64,000 bases of DNA from Syntrophaceae bacterium (GTDB taxonomy: Bacteria > Desulfobacterota > Syntrophia > Syntrophales > UBA5619): assembly GCA_003141195.1 (NCBI GenBank), contig PLLC01000088.1, forward strand, positions 8,595-72,594. The letters run 5' to 3'. The notes below the pieces were generated by a model. That model was given only the letters and a program-made list of their open reading frames with translations. It had not been told where the DNA came from and did no database searches. This document shows, piece after piece, positions 8,771 to 18,573 of this stretch (position 1 is its first letter; the number at the start of each line of letters is the position of its first letter). Both the position numbers and the translations under genes were made by a program.

Positions 8771-11761
8771 ATGGCCCATCGCATCGAAATAGGCTTCGGG
8801 GAGGGGATCAGGGACGCTCTCGGCGAAAAAATCCGAAAGCGGATCATCGAGCACCTCCGGATTCCTGTGGATTCGGTGCAGACCATCGAGGTCTACACGA
8901 TCGACGGGCCCCTCGCCCCGGGAGAGCTTGGAAAGGCGGCCCGCGGCCCCCTTTCCGACCCGGTGATCCAGGAAACCGCCATCGACCACGGGATCGCCCG
9001 GGGTTTCGACTGGCTCATCGAGGTGGGGTTCCGTCCCGGCGTCACGGACAACGTGGGGAAGACCGCCGGGGAGGCTATCGCGCTCCTCACCGGAAAGCCG
9101 GTCCGGGTCTACACATCGCGGCAGTACGTCATCCGCGGCATCCGGGACCGGTGCGCCCTCGACACCCTCACGCGGGCGGATGCGGAACGGATCGCCTCCG
9201 AGCTTCTCGCCAACGACCTGATCCAGCGTTATGATATCATCGACGGGAAAACCTGGGACCCGGCGGCGGGGATCAAGCCTTACGTGCCGCGCGTCATGGG
9301 AGAGAACCGCCCGCGGACGGAAGAGATCGACCTCAACGTTCCCGACGCGGAGCTCGTCCGGATCAGCCAGGAGCGGGTCCTCGCCTTGAGTCTCGAGGAG
9401 ATGCGGATCCTCCGGGACTACCTGAAAAACGACGCCATCCTCGCCCACCGGAAGGAGGTCGGTCTGGGGGCCACAATGACCGACGCGGAGCTGGAATGCC
9501 TCGCCCAGACCTGGTCCGAACACTGCAAGCACAAGATCTTCAACGCCCGGATCGCCTATGACGACGGCGAAGGGAACACCCGGGAGATCGACTCCCTCTT
9601 CGACACCTGCATCAAGCGTTCGACCCGGGAGATCCGGGAGCGGATGGGGACCAACGACTGGTGCCTCTCCGTCTTTTCCGACAACGCGGGGATCATCCGC
9701 TTCAACGATGATTGGAACCTCGTCTTCAAGGTGGAGACCCACAACTCCCCTTCCGCGCTCGACCCCTACGGCGGGGCGCTTACCGGCATCGTCGGCGTGA
9801 ACCGAGACCCCTTCGGCTGCGGAAAGGGGGCGAAGCTCATCTTCAACACGGACGTCTTCTGTTTTGCGCCGCCCGACTACGACAGACCCCTGCCGAAGCG
9901 GATCCTCCACCCGCGGCGGATCTACGAGGGGGTCCGGGAGGGGGTGGAACACGGCGGCAACAAAAGCGGCATCCCGACCGTCAACGGCTGCCTCGTTTTC
10001 GACGAACGCTATCTCGGCAAACCCCTCGTCTATTGCGGAACGGGGGGGATCATGCCCGCCCGGATCGCCGGGACGCCGACCCACACGAAGGAGATCCTGT
10101 CGGGAGACCTGATCGTCATGACCGGCGGGCGGATCGGGAAGGACGGGATCCACGGGGCGACCTTCTCCTCCGAGGAACTCCACGAGGGCTCCCCCGTCAC
10201 GGCGGTCCAGATCGGCGACCCGATCACCCAGAAGAAGATGACCGACTTCCTCCTTGTCGCCCGGGACCGGGACCTCTACCGCGCGATCACCGACAACGGC
10301 GCGGGCGGCCTCTCGTCTTCCGTGGGCGAGACGGCGCGCCTCTCCGGCGGCTGCGAACTCGACCTGAAAAAGGCACCGCTGAAGTACCCGGGGCTGAACC
10401 CCTGGGAGATCCTCATCTCCGAATCCCAGGAGCGGATGACCCTCGCCGTCGACCCGGCGAAGAGCGAGGAATTTCTCAAGCTCGCCCGGAAGATGGACGT
10501 GGAGGCGACCGTGCTCGGACGCTATACGGATTCGGGCTGGTTCCACATCCGCTATGGGGAAGAGACCGTGGTCCTGATCGAAATGTCCTTCCTCCACGAC
10601 GGCCTCCCGCAGATGAACCTCCGGGCGGTCTGGGCGCCCCCGCGCCACCCGGAGCCGGACTTTCCGGAACCGCCCGATCTGGGAGGCGCCCTGAAGGCGA
10701 TGCTCTCCCGCCTCAACATCTGCAGCAAGGAGTCCGTCGTCCGCCAGTACGACCACGAGGTCCAGGGGGGAAGCGTCGTCAAGCCCCTGACCGGCGTCGT
10801 CAACGACGGCCCGAGCGACGCCGCCGTCATCCGGCCGCTCCTGGACTCCTTTGAAGGGATCGTCGTCGCGAACGGGGTCTGCCCCCGCTACAGCGACATC
10901 GACACCTACCACATGGCGGCCTGCGCGATCGACGAGGCCATCCGGAACGCGGTCGCCGTCGGGGCTTCCCTCGACCGCCTGGCCGGACTCGACAACTTCT
11001 GCTGGTGCGACCCGGTGCGCTCCGAGAAAACCCCCGATGGGGAGCACAAGCTCGCCCAGCTCGTCCGGGCGAACGAGGCCCTTTACGACCTCACAACGGC
11101 CTACGGCGTCCCCTGCATCTCGGGGAAGGACAGCATGAAGAACGACTACCAGATCGGGGAGGTCCGGATTTCGATCCCCCCCACGCTCCTCTTCTCCACC
11201 TTGGGCAAGATGGAGGACGTCCGGAAGGCGGTGACGATGGACGTGAAGCGGCCGGGAGACCTCGTTTACGTCCTGGGGAAGACCTTCCGGGAGCTGGGCG
11301 GCTCCGAATGGTACGCTCTCCACGGCGCGATCGGGAACGGCGTCCCGAGGGTGCAAGCCGAAACGGCCAAAGCCCTTTACGAGGCCCTCCATCGGGCGAT
11401 ATCCGCGGGCCTCGTCGCCTCCTGCCACGACTGCTCGGACGGGGGGCTGGGTGTGGCGCTGGCGGAGACGGCCTTCGCCGGAGGCCTCGGCATCGCGGTC
11501 GATCTTAAGGCCGTCCCGGCCGAGGGGATTGGAAGAAACGACGAGCTCCTCTTTTCGGAATCGCAGAGCCGCTTCGTCGCAACCATACGTCCGGAGGCGC
11601 AGGAGGCCTTCGAGGCCGCCCTCGCGGGCTGTGCAATCGCCCGGATCGGAGAGGTGATTCCGGACGGCGTTCTCCGGATCGACGGTCTCGGCGAGAAACG
11701 GATCATCGATGAGGAGCTCGCCGCGCTGAAGGCGGCCTGGCAAAAACCGCTCGCCTTCTGA
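8771..11761 (+). CDS. purL: Phosphoribosylformylglycinamidine synthase subunit PurL with N-terminal PurS-like domains
   Basis: SEHCKHKIF, ETHNSPSALDPYGGA, GGNKSGIPTV, GATFSSEE and TDNGAGGLSS motifs. About 170 aa of PurS-like repeats at the N-terminus. Confidence 0.9.
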   Translation: MAHRIEIGFGEGIRDALGEKIRKRIIEHLRIPVDSVQTIEVYTIDGPLAPGELGKAARGPLSDPVIQETAIDHGIARGFDWLIEVGFRPGVTDNVGKTAGEAIALLTGKPVRVYTSRQYVIRGIRDRCALDTLTRADAERIASELLANDLIQRYDIIDGKTWDPAAGIKPYVPRVMGENRPRTEEIDLNVPDAELVRISQERVLALSLEEMRILRDYLKNDAILAHRKEVGLGATMTDAELECLAQTWSEHCKHKIFNARIAYDDGEGNTREIDSLFDTCIKRSTREIRERMGTNDWCLSVFSDNAGIIRFNDDWNLVFKVETHNSPSALDPYGGALTGIVGVNRDPFGCGKGAKLIFNTDVFCFAPPDYDRPLPKRILHPRRIYEGVREGVEHGGNKSGIPTVNGCLVFDERYLGKPLVYCGTGGIMPARIAGTPTHTKEILSGDLIVMTGGRIGKDGIHGATFSSEELHEGSPVTAVQIGDPITQKKMTDFLLVARDRDLYRAITDNGAGGLSSSVGETARLSGGCELDLKKAPLKYPGLNPWEILISESQERMTLAVDPAKSEEFLKLARKMDVEATVLGRYTDSGWFHIRYGEETVVLIEMSFLHDGLPQMNLRAVWAPPRHPEPDFPEPPDLGGALKAMLSRLNICSKESVVRQYDHEVQGGSVVKPLTGVVNDGPSDAAVIRPLLDSFEGIVVANGVCPRYSDIDTYHMAACAIDEAIRNAVAVGASLDRLAGLDNFCWCDPVRSEKTPDGEHKLAQLVRANEALYDLTTAYGVPCISGKDSMKNDYQIGEVRISIPPTLLFSTLGKMEDVRKAVTMDVKRPGDLVYVLGKTFRELGGSEWYALHGAIGNGVPRVQAETAKALYEALHRAISAGLVASCHDCSDGGLGVALAETAFAGGLGIAVDLKAVPAEGIGRNDELLFSESQSRFVATIRPEAQEAFEAALAGCAIARIGEVIPDGVLRIDGLGEKRIIDEELAALKAAWQKPLAF

Positions 11762-11801
11762 CAGCGGGATAGACCGGAAGAGGACCCAAGATACGTTTGA
11801 T

Positions 11802-11928
11802 GGTCTCGTAAAAAGTCGATTTTGCCCTGTTTTGTCATTCCGTGCTTGACACGGAATCCAGTACTTTCAAGTAGCTCTGGACTCCGGCTTCCGCCGGAGT
11901 GACAGGTTTGGTGACTTTTTACGAGGTC
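11802..11928. repeat. MITE-like element, CGTAAAAAGTC-type terminal inverted repeats
   Basis: GGTCTCGTAAAAAGTC ... GACTTTTTACGAGGTC termini. Internal hairpins ATTCCGTG/CACGGAAT and CTCCGG/CCGGAG. Related copies at 20248-20480, 21633-21831 and 59597-59722. Confidence 0.75.
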
Positions 11929-11963
11929 GTCACGTTTAGCGGTCGAAACAAAGGTAAGCAGAA

Positions 11964-12791
11964 ATGTCTAAGAAAATCAGTGCGATTGTCATCACGGGAA
12001 ACGGAACGAACTGTGAGCTGGAGATGGCCCACGCCTGCCGCCTCGCCGGCTTCGACGAGGTGGATATCGTCCATATCAGCGAGCTCCTCTGCGGCACAAA
12101 GAGACTCGACGACTATGACTTCCTGAACCTGCCCGGCGGATTCCTCAACGGCGACGACCTCGGCTCGGCCAAGGCCGGCGCGAACCGGATCCTCCATGCG
12201 GCCGTCGCGGGGGGCAGGGAACGGCTCTTCGATCAGTTCGCGCGGTTCATCGCCGCGGGAAAGCTGATCCTCGGCGTCTGCAACGGATTCCAGCTCCTCG
12301 TCAAGCTCGGGATGCTCCCCGACCTGGATGGCCTCTACGACCGGCAGACGGTCACCCTGACCTACAACGACTCGGGACGGTTCGAGGACCGCTGGGTCCA
12401 TCTCCGCGCCAACGCCGCATCTCCCTGCATCTTCACCCGGGGTCTCCGGGGAATCTATCTTCCCGTCCGCCACGGCGAGGGGAAGTTCATTCCGCAGGAC
12501 GAAGAGATTTTAGAGCGCCTCCACCGGCAGAACCTGATCGCCCTACAGTACAGCAACGGGGAATATCGGGAGGCGACGACGGACTATCCGGCAAACCCCA
12601 ACGGCTCGATCGACGCGATCGCCGGGATCTGCAACGAGACGGGCCGGATCTTCGGCCTGATGCCCCACCCCGAGGCCTACCTCCACCGGACGAACCACCC
12701 CCGCTGGACGCGGGAAGAGCTCCCCGAAGAGGGGATGGGACTCGCCCTCTTCCGAAATGCCGCCTCCTTCCTCCGCAGCAACTCGTTTTAG
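11964..12791 (+). CDS. purQ: Phosphoribosylformylglycinamidine synthase, glutamine amidotransferase subunit PurQ
   Basis: GTNCELE, GVCNGFQLL (nucleophile Cys) and MPHPE motifs. Confidence 0.9.
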   Translation: MSKKISAIVITGNGTNCELEMAHACRLAGFDEVDIVHISELLCGTKRLDDYDFLNLPGGFLNGDDLGSAKAGANRILHAAVAGGRERLFDQFARFIAAGKLILGVCNGFQLLVKLGMLPDLDGLYDRQTVTLTYNDSGRFEDRWVHLRANAASPCIFTRGLRGIYLPVRHGEGKFIPQDEEILERLHRQNLIALQYSNGEYREATTDYPANPNGSIDAIAGICNETGRIFGLMPHPEAYLHRTNHPRWTREELPEEGMGLALFRNAASFLRSNSF

Positions 12792-12963
12792 CAGCATGTT
12801 GAAAAAAGTCTCTTTACAGACTGTTCAAAAGCTTATCCCGTACAGGATACGGGATGCCCAGATGCAAGGCCCCCGTAATCCTGAGCCGTGAGGCGTACTT
12901 GCTTGTACGTTGAACGGCGAAGGATGAGGGAAACGCAGCAGATGGGCGTTTTTCAACAGCCTG

Positions 12964-12966
<3 letters not shown>
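12788..12966. repeat. MITE-like element (about 179 bp) with TTAACAGCCTGTTGAAAAAG-type inverted termini
   Basis: Near-identical to 27841-28019. A partial copy lies at 58263-58325. It fills the purQ/pyrG convergent gap. Confidence 0.8.
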
Positions 12967-14580
<1,614 letters not shown>

Positions 14581-14613
14581 TTAATCATTCTCACACGGTC
14601 GGCCTGTCGCCTG

Positions 14614-17600
14614 TCAAGGGGACAGATTTGAAATCTGTCCCCACCCCTCCGCAAGTCGGCCGAGATTCCACTTGATCTGCCCGGCGATCACCTCCACCGG
14701 CTCTCCCAGAAGGACGCCGAGGGGGATTCCCCCAAGACAACGGTCGTCCCACGCCAGGTTGTATTCCTGGATGAGATTCCGGATATCGTTCGCCCGCTCG
14801 CCTAAAAGCTCCTTCCGTTCGCGGACGGAGAGCGCCTCGTTGAACGTCACATGGATCAGCAGGAGGTGTCGGACCCGTTCCTCCTCCCCGAGAAGGGGGA
14901 CGATCACGACGGGGGCGCCGTCGGATTTCCCCTGTCCTACATAGGCCCGCCCGGAGGCCGCAATCCCCTTCTTGGTCCCCATCAGAAGTCCCGATTTTTC
15001 GGCCCGCGAATGCATCCTGAGGGAAACGCCTGCCCGCTTCCGGATCTCGATCGTCGCGTCGTCTCCCGGTTTTCCCTCGGCATCCAGGTGATTCACCGCA
15101 TAGAGGGTGTAGCCGTTGGCGGCGGTCACCGCCTTCTGTATCCGGCGGAGAGCAAGGACATTGGTGCTGAGAAGGGACTTTGCCGAGAAGGAGAGCTCCG
15201 CAAGGAGGTCGAAGAGGACGCCGCCGGGCGGCGTTTCCTTCCGGCTGGTCCCCACCGTCACCGTCTTCGCCTGGTGGCGGATGGCGTCGATCGGCCGGGA
15301 GAGCTCATCCACGGCGTGGCCAAGCGTGATGTCCAGGAGGTCGATCGGCGAGGCCGGCGCCTCGACCGCGGGGAAATCATGCCGGAAATCGTCGATCGGC
15401 AGTTTCCCTGCCGCGTATTTCAAAAGGAGGATCAGATCGGAGATCGTCCGCACGCCGGTTTGGGAAAAGGCGCCCCGACTCTTCCGCCGCTGGAAGCGGT
15501 CCGTGAAATCGTTCACGAGACGGCGCAGATGGCCGTCGGCGATGCACTCATCGACGGAAAGGTTCCGCTTCGCCTGTTCGACCATGATCAGATTAAGGCG
15601 GCTCTTGAATTCCCGGAGGTACAGGGCGTCGGCGTCGATGCTGCACGCGGCGTAATAGCCGAAGAGGTGGCCCGCGACCGTGTTCAGGATCACGGGAAGC
15701 GGCAGCGGCGCGCGGGGGATGCGAATCACCGCATCGGCGATCGCATCGAAGCGTTCCTCCCCCTCGTCGGTGAAGACGACCACCGCGGAATTGTGCGCCT
15801 TGAAGATCGCCACATCCTTGACGATATCCCCCATGACGGTTTCCGGACTCCCCGCGGCGCAGACCAGAATCAGCGGCTCGGCGGAGAGATCGATGTGCTT
15901 CTTGTTCTCCACAACGTCTGAGGAGATCGTCTGGTAACAGAGTTCGCTCAGCTTGATCCGGATCTCATCGGCCGCCGCCTTGTTCGGTCCGTTTCCCACG
16001 ACTGCCCAGTACCGCTTCCCCTTCGCCAGCCGTTCCGCGGCGCTGCGAATCTCCTCCTTCCTCGCAAGAACCTTTCCCATCAGCTCCGGCGCCTGTTCAA
16101 GCAGACGGAGCTCCTCCGCGACCCGTTCCTCGGAGAGGGTCGATAGGAGCCGGGCCAGATCAAGGGCGAGGATGTGGCCGGCGATGATCTGGGAGTAGAA
16201 GGCCTTGGTCGAGGCGACGGCCATCTCGATGTCCCGGCCGTCGGAGGTGTAAAAAACGCCGTCCGCCTTCGCCGTGATATCGGACTGGCGGCGGTTGACG
16301 ATCGCGATAACCTTCGCACCCCGCTCCGCGGCCATTGCCACGGCGCGATTGGTGTCCGTCGTCGTTCCCGACTGGGTGATCGGGATGATCAGGGTATCGC
16401 TCAAGTCGTTCTCCAGGCAGAAGCCGCTCAGTTCGGAGGCGATCCGAGCCTCCACCAGAATTCCGCTTCCCCGGAGGTACACCTCCATTGCGTCGGCCAC
16501 GGCGCTCCCGGCGACAGCTGCCGTCCCGTGACCGATCACGGCGATCCGCCGGATCTTTTTGGTGCGGAGCGCCTCCCGGATTCCCTCCGGGACGATGTCC
16601 GGGCCGAGATTGAAGACGGTCCGTTCCGTACCCCCCACCTGCTCGATCCGGTATTTGCCGCGGAGGGTCTTCCGGACGGAGAGGGCCGATTCGGTGATTT
16701 CCTTGAGGAAGTAGTGGGGGTAGTCGCCGCGGTCGATGTCCCGCGTCGTGATCTCCGCCCGCTTCACCGCGTCTTCGCCGAACGAAAGCGGCGTCCCGTC
16801 ATAGAAGAGCCCCCGGATGCCGGCCGCCCCACCCGGGGCATCCTGATCCAGGATGACGATCTGTCCCGTACTCTCCGGCTTCTCCGGACGGGCGGGCCTC
16901 TCGCCGTCCATCTTGATGAAGAAGGGGGTCTCCTCCACCAGGCCGTAGAGTTCCGAGGAGAAGAGATACCGGTCGGGGGTGATCCCGATATAAATCGACT
17001 GGCCGCTCCCCTTCAGGGCCAGAAAAATCTTGCCCGGCTCGACATTGCTGGTCATGGCGATGGCATGGGACCCTTCGAAATCGCCCACGGCGCGCCGGAA
17101 AGCCTCGATCAGATTCCGGCCCGCCAGCAGGTATTTTTCGATCCGGAGGGGGATGATCTTCGTATCCGTCGTTACCTCCGGCGCGATTGACATCCCCTCT
17201 GCATCGAGGGCCTTCCGGAGCGTCTGGTAGTTGTCGATGTCCCCATTCAGGACCACATGGAGGTTCCAGGGACCCTTTCCGTAGGCGGGATAAAGTTTCT
17301 CCTGCGCCCCGGCGGGGGGGGTCTCGGAAGGAATCGTAAAGTTTCCAATGGGATGACAGTTCTCCTCCGTAATCGATCCGACGGACGCCCAGCGGGTGTG
17401 GGTGAAGGCGGTCTCGAAGGCCACCGGGAGACGGGCAAAGGCATGGAACAGGCGGTCTTTGGTGATCCGCTTTCTCAGTTCCCGGACGTTCCGGCCCAGC
17501 TCCCCGATGATCTCGGCGGTCTTGTAAGTGAAGGAGAAGGCTTGTCCCCCGACCGCGTCGATTCCGCGTTCGGCGGCCGGGGAACCGGTGATCGAGCCGT

Positions 17601-18447
17601 CGGCAAGATCCCCCGCCGCCATCCGCCGGTCCAGCTCCTCGCCGAGCCCGTTTTCCCGAAGACCGGTCATGATCGCGCCGAGGGTCCCGGCATCCGCCGC
17701 AACGAAGGAGATCTGTATCCCCGCCGAATCCCGGCCCCGGACCTCCAGACGGTCCAGACCGTTCAGCAGAAAGTTCATTTCCCGGTACTTCGGCAGGGCC
17801 TCCGGCGCCACGCCGGCCGAACTTTCCACCCCGGCCAGGCGGCAGATCCGCCCGATATTGTCGAGGATATCCTTCTCTATCCCCCAGATGAGGTCCCGGA
17901 GCAGGATCAGGCCATGGTTGACGGCCTCCAGATCGGCCGTCGAAATCCGGCCTGCCTGCTCCTCCAACAGCCTCTCCTCGTCCGCAAGAAATGCCTTCAT
18001 TTTTTCGGAAAGAAGGGTTAGACGGCGCACCTCTCCGTCATCATAGAAGATCTTCCCGAAGGCCTCCTCCCCCTTCATGCGGAGAAGTTCCCGCTCCATC
18101 GCCTCCTGAGTCGGGATCCCACCCAGATATGCCGTTAAGGGGACAGATTTGAAGTTTGTCCCCATCGTGCCGTGGAGAAGCGCCGGCAGATTCTTTTCCG
18201 CCGCCCGGGTAAAAAGAATGGAGATGTCGCCGCGTGGTATCTGCCCTGAAGTGTACGAGACGCGGCCTGCAACGCGGAGGGTCAGGATACCGGCGAGGCC
18301 GCAGCAAAGGGTCGCTGGACGATGGGGAAAGAGGATCAGCGCCGGCGCCTCAACCCGTTGCGAATCGCGCCCGACATAGAGCTTGCAGTCCATAAGAAAA
18401 TGGACGATCTTCCGGCAAAATCTCAGCATGGCGTGAAAAGCGGACAC
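14614..18447 (-). CDS. Giant GlmS-like protein: class-II (Ntn) glutamine amidotransferase plus two SIS domains plus C-terminal extension
   Basis: LCCGLAGIL nucleophile context after a putative propeptide; HTRWASVG; SIS motifs ITQSGTTTDT and VGNGPNKAAADE; GlmS-like AKTVTVGTSR followed by about 230 further aa. The start (GTG 18447) is uncertain. Confidence 0.6.
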   Translation of the reverse strand: MSAFHAMLRFCRKIVHFLMDCKLYVGRDSQRVEAPALILFPHRPATLCCGLAGILTLRVAGRVSYTSGQIPRGDISILFTRAAEKNLPALLHGTMGTNFKSVPLTAYLGGIPTQEAMERELLRMKGEEAFGKIFYDDGEVRRLTLLSEKMKAFLADEERLLEEQAGRISTADLEAVNHGLILLRDLIWGIEKDILDNIGRICRLAGVESSAGVAPEALPKYREMNFLLNGLDRLEVRGRDSAGIQISFVAADAGTLGAIMTGLRENGLGEELDRRMAAGDLADGSITGSPAAERGIDAVGGQAFSFTYKTAEIIGELGRNVRELRKRITKDRLFHAFARLPVAFETAFTHTRWASVGSITEENCHPIGNFTIPSETPPAGAQEKLYPAYGKGPWNLHVVLNGDIDNYQTLRKALDAEGMSIAPEVTTDTKIIPLRIEKYLLAGRNLIEAFRRAVGDFEGSHAIAMTSNVEPGKIFLALKGSGQSIYIGITPDRYLFSSELYGLVEETPFFIKMDGERPARPEKPESTGQIVILDQDAPGGAAGIRGLFYDGTPLSFGEDAVKRAEITTRDIDRGDYPHYFLKEITESALSVRKTLRGKYRIEQVGGTERTVFNLGPDIVPEGIREALRTKKIRRIAVIGHGTAAVAGSAVADAMEVYLRGSGILVEARIASELSGFCLENDLSDTLIIPITQSGTTTDTNRAVAMAAERGAKVIAIVNRRQSDITAKADGVFYTSDGRDIEMAVASTKAFYSQIIAGHILALDLARLLSTLSEERVAEELRLLEQAPELMGKVLARKEEIRSAAERLAKGKRYWAVVGNGPNKAAADEIRIKLSELCYQTISSDVVENKKHIDLSAEPLILVCAAGSPETVMGDIVKDVAIFKAHNSAVVVFTDEGEERFDAIADAVIRIPRAPLPLPVILNTVAGHLFGYYAACSIDADALYLREFKSRLNLIMVEQAKRNLSVDECIADGHLRRLVNDFTDRFQRRKSRGAFSQTGVRTISDLILLLKYAAGKLPIDDFRHDFPAVEAPASPIDLLDITLGHAVDELSRPIDAIRHQAKTVTVGTSRKETPPGGVLFDLLAELSFSAKSLLSTNVLALRRIQKAVTAANGYTLYAVNHLDAEGKPGDDATIEIRKRAGVSLRMHSRAEKSGLLMGTKKGIAASGRAYVGQGKSDGAPVVIVPLLGEEERVRHLLLIHVTFNEALSVRERKELLGERANDIRNLIQEYNLAWDDRCLGGIPLGVLLGEPVEVIAGQIKWNLGRLAEGWGQISNLSP
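14618..14642. repeat. Type A palindrome GGGGACAGATTTGAAATCTGTCCCC
   Basis: Perfect 12-bp arms around a single central nt. Other copies at 18139, 18473, 29368 and 56949. Confidence 0.9.
18139..18163. repeat. Type A palindrome, variant copy inside a CDS
   Basis: GGGGACAGATTTGAAGTTTGTCCCC: two substitutions in the right arm. Translated in frame as GTNFKSVP. Confidence 0.85.
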
Positions 18448-18472
18448 ACATCTCCCCTTCCCGCCTTCGCAA

Positions 18473-18497
18473 GAGGACAGATTTGAAATCTGTCCCC
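18473..18497. repeat. Type A palindrome (GAGG variant 5' end)
   Basis: GAGGACAGATTTGAAATCTGTCCCC, intergenic, 6 nt from a type B copy. Confidence 0.85.
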
Positions 18498-18503
18498 GCT
18501 TAC

Positions 18504-18530
18504 GGGGACACGATGCGGCATCATGTCCCC
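18504..18530. repeat. Type B palindrome GGGGACACGATGCGGCATCATGTCCCC
   Basis: Shares the GGGGACA/TGTCCCC ends with type A. Identical copy at 26480-26506. Confidence 0.85.
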
Positions 18531-18573
18531 GTTTGTTTGCGGCGGGTTTCTGAACAAACGATCCGTCATGGCC

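Noticed and set aside
8726-11743. 1005-aa minus-strand ORF
   Set aside because: It is antisense shadow of purL. The same reasoning applies to 13081-14631 (+) opposite pyrG, 4982-7015 (-) opposite glmM/nagB, and 3841-5340 (+). It also applies to 21937-23490 (-) opposite comM, 23599-24726 (-), 26027-27670 (-), 30570-31556 (-), 33369-34610 (-) and 61524-62873 (-).
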